DNA of 64,000 nucleotides from positions 52,493-116,492 of the forward strand of contig JAYZEG010000010.1 of the NCBI GenBank assembly GCA_036337435.1, in the 5' to 3' direction. Position numbers and translations under genes: made by a program. Below are positions 60,173 to 64,000 of the stretch, piece after piece (within the stretch, counting starts at the first letter, position 1; every line of letters starts with the position of its first letter). This DNA is from Myxococcota bacterium (GTDB lineage: Bacteria; Myxococcota_A; Bradymonadia; UBA7976; UBA1532). The notes beneath the pieces are model-generated. The model worked only from the letters and a program-made list of their open reading frames with translations. It made no database searches and had not been told where the DNA came from.

Positions 60173-60762
60173 TTTGACTGTCTCCTTAATACAGCATCTT
60201 GTGATCGACTCAAGCCTCGCTGGCCTGAGATCTTAGAAGAGAATTTGATTGTCGAATACACATGCCATTTGACACCCACGTCAGGCTCATCAACTGCATA
60301 TGTCTTCAGAGTACCTTAAAAACCGTAGTGACTCATACATGAGTTACATGTGCGAATCAAACTAAATTATTGGACGCGTTCAGCACGCGGCGGCACCTTG
60401 TACTCAATGTCTGTCTACAGAGCAATACAAAATTCAAGTGTGACGACCGTGTCATCGAGAAATCTCTGTCGAGACCTTGGTCCGTCTGATTGAATATCGG
60501 GTCTCAGAGGCTATGAGAGACCCCGTTTGCTCTTAGGACACGGGTTCAAACACTTCTGAGGGCGAATTCAACTGGATTGGCCAAGGCCCCCAAAATGCTC
60601 GACGACGTTCACGGAAATCTCTTTGAGAAGGTCGAACTGTGTGGGACACTCAAGGTCTGGGCCTTGATTCCGTCATCTGACGTTTTGCAACGCGCCCATC
60701 AATCATTTCAGGACTGACCGAAAACTGGGTGTTCGGATGGTCCGGTGCAAGGGGGGAGACCT

Positions 60763-63700
60763 ATGAGGCACTCTGTCTATTTGGCAGCCTGCATCATGCT
60801 GTTTTTTGTCGGCTGTGATCCGGACAGCGAACAGGCAACCATAACGGCTGATAGCACGGTACAAGCTGACGTGAATCAAATTGAAAGCGACAGTTCATCG
60901 GGAGGCACTGGCGGTGACTCCGGAGCCGGCGGGGCCGGCGGACCCGATGGCGACGCTGGGGCGAGTGCCGGCGGGACGGGCGGCGCAGCCGGGGCTGGTG
61001 GTGCAGGTGGCGAAGCTGGGGCCGGTGGGGCTGGCGGTGAAGCTGGGGCCGGTGGTGCTGCCGGTGAAGCCGGGGCTGGCGGTGAAGCTGGGGCCGGTGG
61101 TGAAGCCGGGGCTGGTGGTGAAGCTGGGGCCGGTGGCGCTGCTGGTGCGGGCTCGAATGATTGCCTGGACGCCGGTGGTCTTTGTGTCGAGGGTGGTGCC
61201 TGCCCTGAAGGAACCAGGCGCATACGCTCATCTTGTGATGCGAATAACGTGGCATGCTGTATCGCGGACGACCGTCAGGAATGCCCGCCAGATGATTTGG
61301 TTTGTGGCCGTTTCTGTGCAGGAAATGAATTGCCAGAATTACCAGAAGGATGCCTACCCCCTCGATGTGATTGCGGTGCTGACCCAGACTGCCCAGCCGC
61401 AGATGCCGTTTGCTTGAGATTCTGTGCGTCTGGGGAATTGCCTCGGCTGCCCGACGGCTGTAGACCACCTCGCTGCGATTGCGGCGGAGAGCCAGAGTGT
61501 CCATCGGCGGACGCGATTTGTGGGCGCTTTTGTGCGGGTGAAGAATTACCGCCCCTTCCAGACGGATGTCGACCACCTCGGTGCGAATGTGGTGGAGACC
61601 CTGAATGCCCGGGCGATGATGCGATTTGCGAGCGATTCTGCGTCAACGGCGAGCGCCCTGAGCTCCCAGCCGGTTGCAGACCGCCGCGCTGCGACTGTGG
61701 TAATGAACCAGAGTGTCCTGGGGATGACGCCGTTTGCCAACGAATCTGCGCTGGCGACGACGTGCCCAATCTTCCAGATGGGTGTCGCCCACCGCGCTGT
61801 GACTGTGATTTAGTCGGCGAGCTGAGTGATTGCGATATTGCGGGTGGCACCTGTCGTGAAGAGGGCTGTCAGGACGGAGAACGGCGCATTCGTTCAGCCT
61901 GTGGTGAGCAGCAAGACGCGTGCTGCTTGGGTGCGGCCATAGAGTGTCCACCCGATAATTTGATTTGCGAACGATTCTGTTTAGGTGGCGAATTGCCTGC
62001 ACTACCCGATGGCTGTAGGCCACCACGCTGTGATTGCGGTGAAGAGCCTGAATGCCCAGGTGCTGATGCAATTTGCGGCCGCTTTTGCGTGAGCGGAGAA
62101 ATGCCCAGATTACCAGATGGGTGTCGAGTCCCGCGCTGCGAGTGTCAAGAAGACCCGATTTGCCCCGCTGATGATGCGATTTGTGGGCGTTTGTGCGCCG
62201 GTGCAGAACTGCCACCCCTTCCAGACGGATGTCGACCACCCCGCTGTGACTGTGGTGAAGATCCTGAGTGTCCACCGGACGATGCCGTCTGTGCGCGATT
62301 CTGCGTGGGTGGTGAAATCCCTGCGTTACCAAATGGCTGTAGGCCGCCGCGCTGTGATTGCGGAGATGACGTTGATTGTCCTGGTGCAGACGCTGTATGC
62401 GAGCGGTTTTGCGTAAATAATGAGATGCCGCCCCTACCGGACGATTGCCGTCCGCCACGTTGCGAGTGCCCTGACCAACAAGCATGCGAACAACCAAACC
62501 CTGAAGGGTGTGTCGACGATCGTACCTGTGCCGACGGCGAGCGCTGTATTCGAAATGCTGGTGAATGCCATCCCTCCAGCTGCCAGTGCGATCCGGAGAC
62601 AGGCCAATGGATCTGCACCCGGGATTGCGTCGGCCAATGCGTCGACCGACCAAACTGCCCGCCCGATGATGCCGTTTGTGGGCGTTTGTGTGCGGGTGGT
62701 GAAGTGCCACCGCTTCCAGACGGATGCGTCCCGCCACGATGTGATTGCGGTGCTGATCCAAACTGCCCGTCCGATGATGCAGTCTGTGCGCGGTTCTGCG
62801 TGAACGGGGAGTTACCGGAATTACCTGATGAGTGTCGACCACCGCGATGCGACTGCGGTGGTGATCCTAATTGCCCAAGTCCAGACATGATTTGTGAGCG
62901 GCAATGCGCCACCGGCGAAATGCCCATGCTGCCAGACGAATGCCAACCACCACGATGCGACTGTGGTGGTAATCAAGAGTGTCCTGCAGCGGACGCAATC
63001 TGTGCACGTTTCTGTGCGACCGGGGAAAGGCCACAACTGCCAGACGGTTGCCGACCGCCACGATGTGATTGCGGCGCAGACCCGCAATGTCCGCCTGACG
63101 ATGCTGTTTGTGCTCGGTTTTGCATAAACGAGGAGTTACCGGAATTACCTGATGAATGTCGCCCACCACGATGTGAATGTGACGGACCTGGAGGCTGCGA
63201 AGAACCCAATCCGCAAGGCTGTATCAACGACCGCCAATGCCAAGCAGGCGAATCGTGTATACGCCTCGACGGTGATTGTAATCCATCGGCTTGTCGATGT
63301 GATGCCGAAACCGGTGCATGGATTTGCACGAGAGATTGTGTCGGACAATGCCGACCCACTCCCATCTGTCCACCCGATGATGCCGTCTGTGCGAGGGCTT
63401 GTAACGGTGAGCGTCCTGAACTCCCCGACGGCTGCGAAGTCCCTCAGTGCGAGTGTCCTGGACCTGAGTGTCCGCCAGATGATGCTGTCTGCCTAAGACT
63501 CTGTAACGGCGACCGGCCCGAATTACCAGACGGGTGTGACCCCCCGCGGTGCAACTGTCCTCCACCGCCACCGGTCTGTCCACCCGATGATGCCGTCTGT
63601 GCGAGGGCTTGTAACGGTGAGCGTCCTGAACTCCCCGACGGCTGCGAGGTCCCTCAGTGCGAGTGTCCTGGACCTGAGTGTCCCCCCGCTGACGCAATCT

Positions 63701-64000
63701 GTGCGAGAACCTGCAACGGCGAACAGCCACAACTGCCCGAGGGCTGTGAGCGGCCACAGTGCGACTGTCAAGCGCCCGTCTGTCCACCGGATCAGGCTGG
63801 TTGTGCGAGAACCTGCAACGGCGAGCAGCCGCAACTGCCCGAGGGCTGTGAACGGCCACAGTGCGACTGTCAAGCGCCCGTCTGCCCACCGGATCAAGCT
63901 GTTTGTGCGAGAACTTGCAACGGCGAGCAGCCGCAACTGCCCGAGGGCTGTGAGCGGCCACAGTGCGACTGTCAAGCGCCCGTCTGTCCACCGGATCAGG
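60763..64000 (+). CDS. Giant Cys/Pro-rich repeat lipoprotein (3' end beyond the window; not in the ORF track)
   Basis: GGGGGGAG RBS, ATG at 60763, MRHSVYLAACIMLFFVGC lipobox, Gly-rich linker; frame translated by hand and open to 64000. Confidence 0.92.
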   Translation, partial: MRHSVYLAACIMLFFVGCDPDSEQATITADSTVQADVNQIESDSSSGGTGGDSGAGGAGGPDGDAGASAGGTGGAAGAGGAGGEAGAGGAGGEAGAGGAAGEAGAGGEAGAGGEAGAGGEAGAGGAAGAGSNDCLDAGGLCVEGGACPEGTRRIRSSCDANNVACCIADDRQECPPDDLVCGRFCAGNELPELPEGCLPPRCDCGADPDCPAADAVCLRFCASGELPRLPDGCRPPRCDCGGEPECPSADAICGRFCAGEELPPLPDGCRPPRCECGGDPECPGDDAICERFCVNGERPELPAGCRPPRCDCGNEPECPGDDAVCQRICAGDDVPNLPDGCRPPRCDCDLVGELSDCDIAGGTCREEGCQDGERRIRSACGEQQDACCLGAAIECPPDNLICERFCLGGELPALPDGCRPPRCDCGEEPECPGADAICGRFCVSGEMPRLPDGCRVPRCECQEDPICPADDAICGRLCAGAELPPLPDGCRPPRCDCGEDPECPPDDAVCARFCVGGEIPALPNGCRPPRCDCGDDVDCPGADAVCERFCVNNEMPPLPDDCRPPRCECPDQQACEQPNPEGCVDDRTCADGERCIRNAGECHPSSCQCDPETGQWICTRDCVGQCVDRPNCPPDDAVCGRLCAGGEVPPLPDGCVPPRCDCGADPNCPSDDAVCARFCVNGELPELPDECRPPRCDCGGDPNCPSPDMICERQCATGEMPMLPDECQPPRCDCGGNQECPAADAICARFCATGERPQLPDGCRPPRCDCGADPQCPPDDAVCARFCINEELPELPDECRPPRCECDGPGGCEEPNPQGCINDRQCQAGESCIRLDGDCNPSACRCDAETGAWICTRDCVGQCRPTPICPPDDAVCARACNGERPELPDGCEVPQCECPGPECPPDDAVCLRLCNGDRPELPDGCDPPRCNCPPPPPVCPPDDAVCARACNGERPELPDGCEVPQCECPGPECPPADAICARTCNGEQPQLPEGCERPQCDCQAPVCPPDQAGCARTCNGEQPQLPEGCERPQCDCQAPVCPPDQAVCARTCNGEQPQLPEGCERPQCDCQAPVCPPDQ
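61282..64000 (+). repeat. 108/102-bp coding tandem repeat (C-x6-C-x3-C-x10/11-C-x4-C-x-C), 21 full copies plus a partial
   Basis: Blocks start at 61282, 61945 and 62656 (five 108-bp units each) and 63367 (six or more units, mostly 102 bp). Confidence 0.92.

Noticed and set aside
60794..63991. Many ORF-track entries of 60-400 aa on both strands
   Set aside because: All are shadows of the single open + frame starting at 60763
1..64000. tRNA, rRNA, known riboswitches, IS elements, prophage or defence genes
   Set aside because: No recognisable signatures found by eye; a covariance-model scan would be needed to exclude them fully

Overview
This is a gene-dense chromosomal window, most likely from a Myxococcota/Bradymonadia-type bacterium. 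That assignment is inferred from MYXO-CTERM-like sorting tails, many Gly-rich and Cys-rich lipoproteins, a Hanks kinase and several sigma-54 promoters. I call about 46 CDS: transporters (CaCA, OPT, SSS, AqpZ), an M16 peptidase pair, a copper-type MbnP/MbnH locus with a second divergent MbnH, a cytochrome c-fused copper monooxygenase, several hydrolases and a long run of surface lipoproteins. I saw no rRNA, tRNA, CRISPR array or mobile element. The best candidate for an undescribed system is non-coding (about 2018-2450): a near-consensus sigma-54 promoter followed by three tandem ~120-nt units. Each unit is a variable hairpin plus a conserved 13-bp stem with compensatory base changes and a C-rich loop complementary to G-rich ribosome-binding sites, which suggests a polycistronic anti-Shine-Dalgarno sRNA array resembling Pxr. 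The second highlight is a lipoprotein gene absent from the ORF track (60763 to beyond the window end). It is built from 21+ six-Cys repeats in blocks of five, separated by beta-defensin-spaced and CTRDC modules. All family assignments come from recognising motifs by eye; no searches were run.
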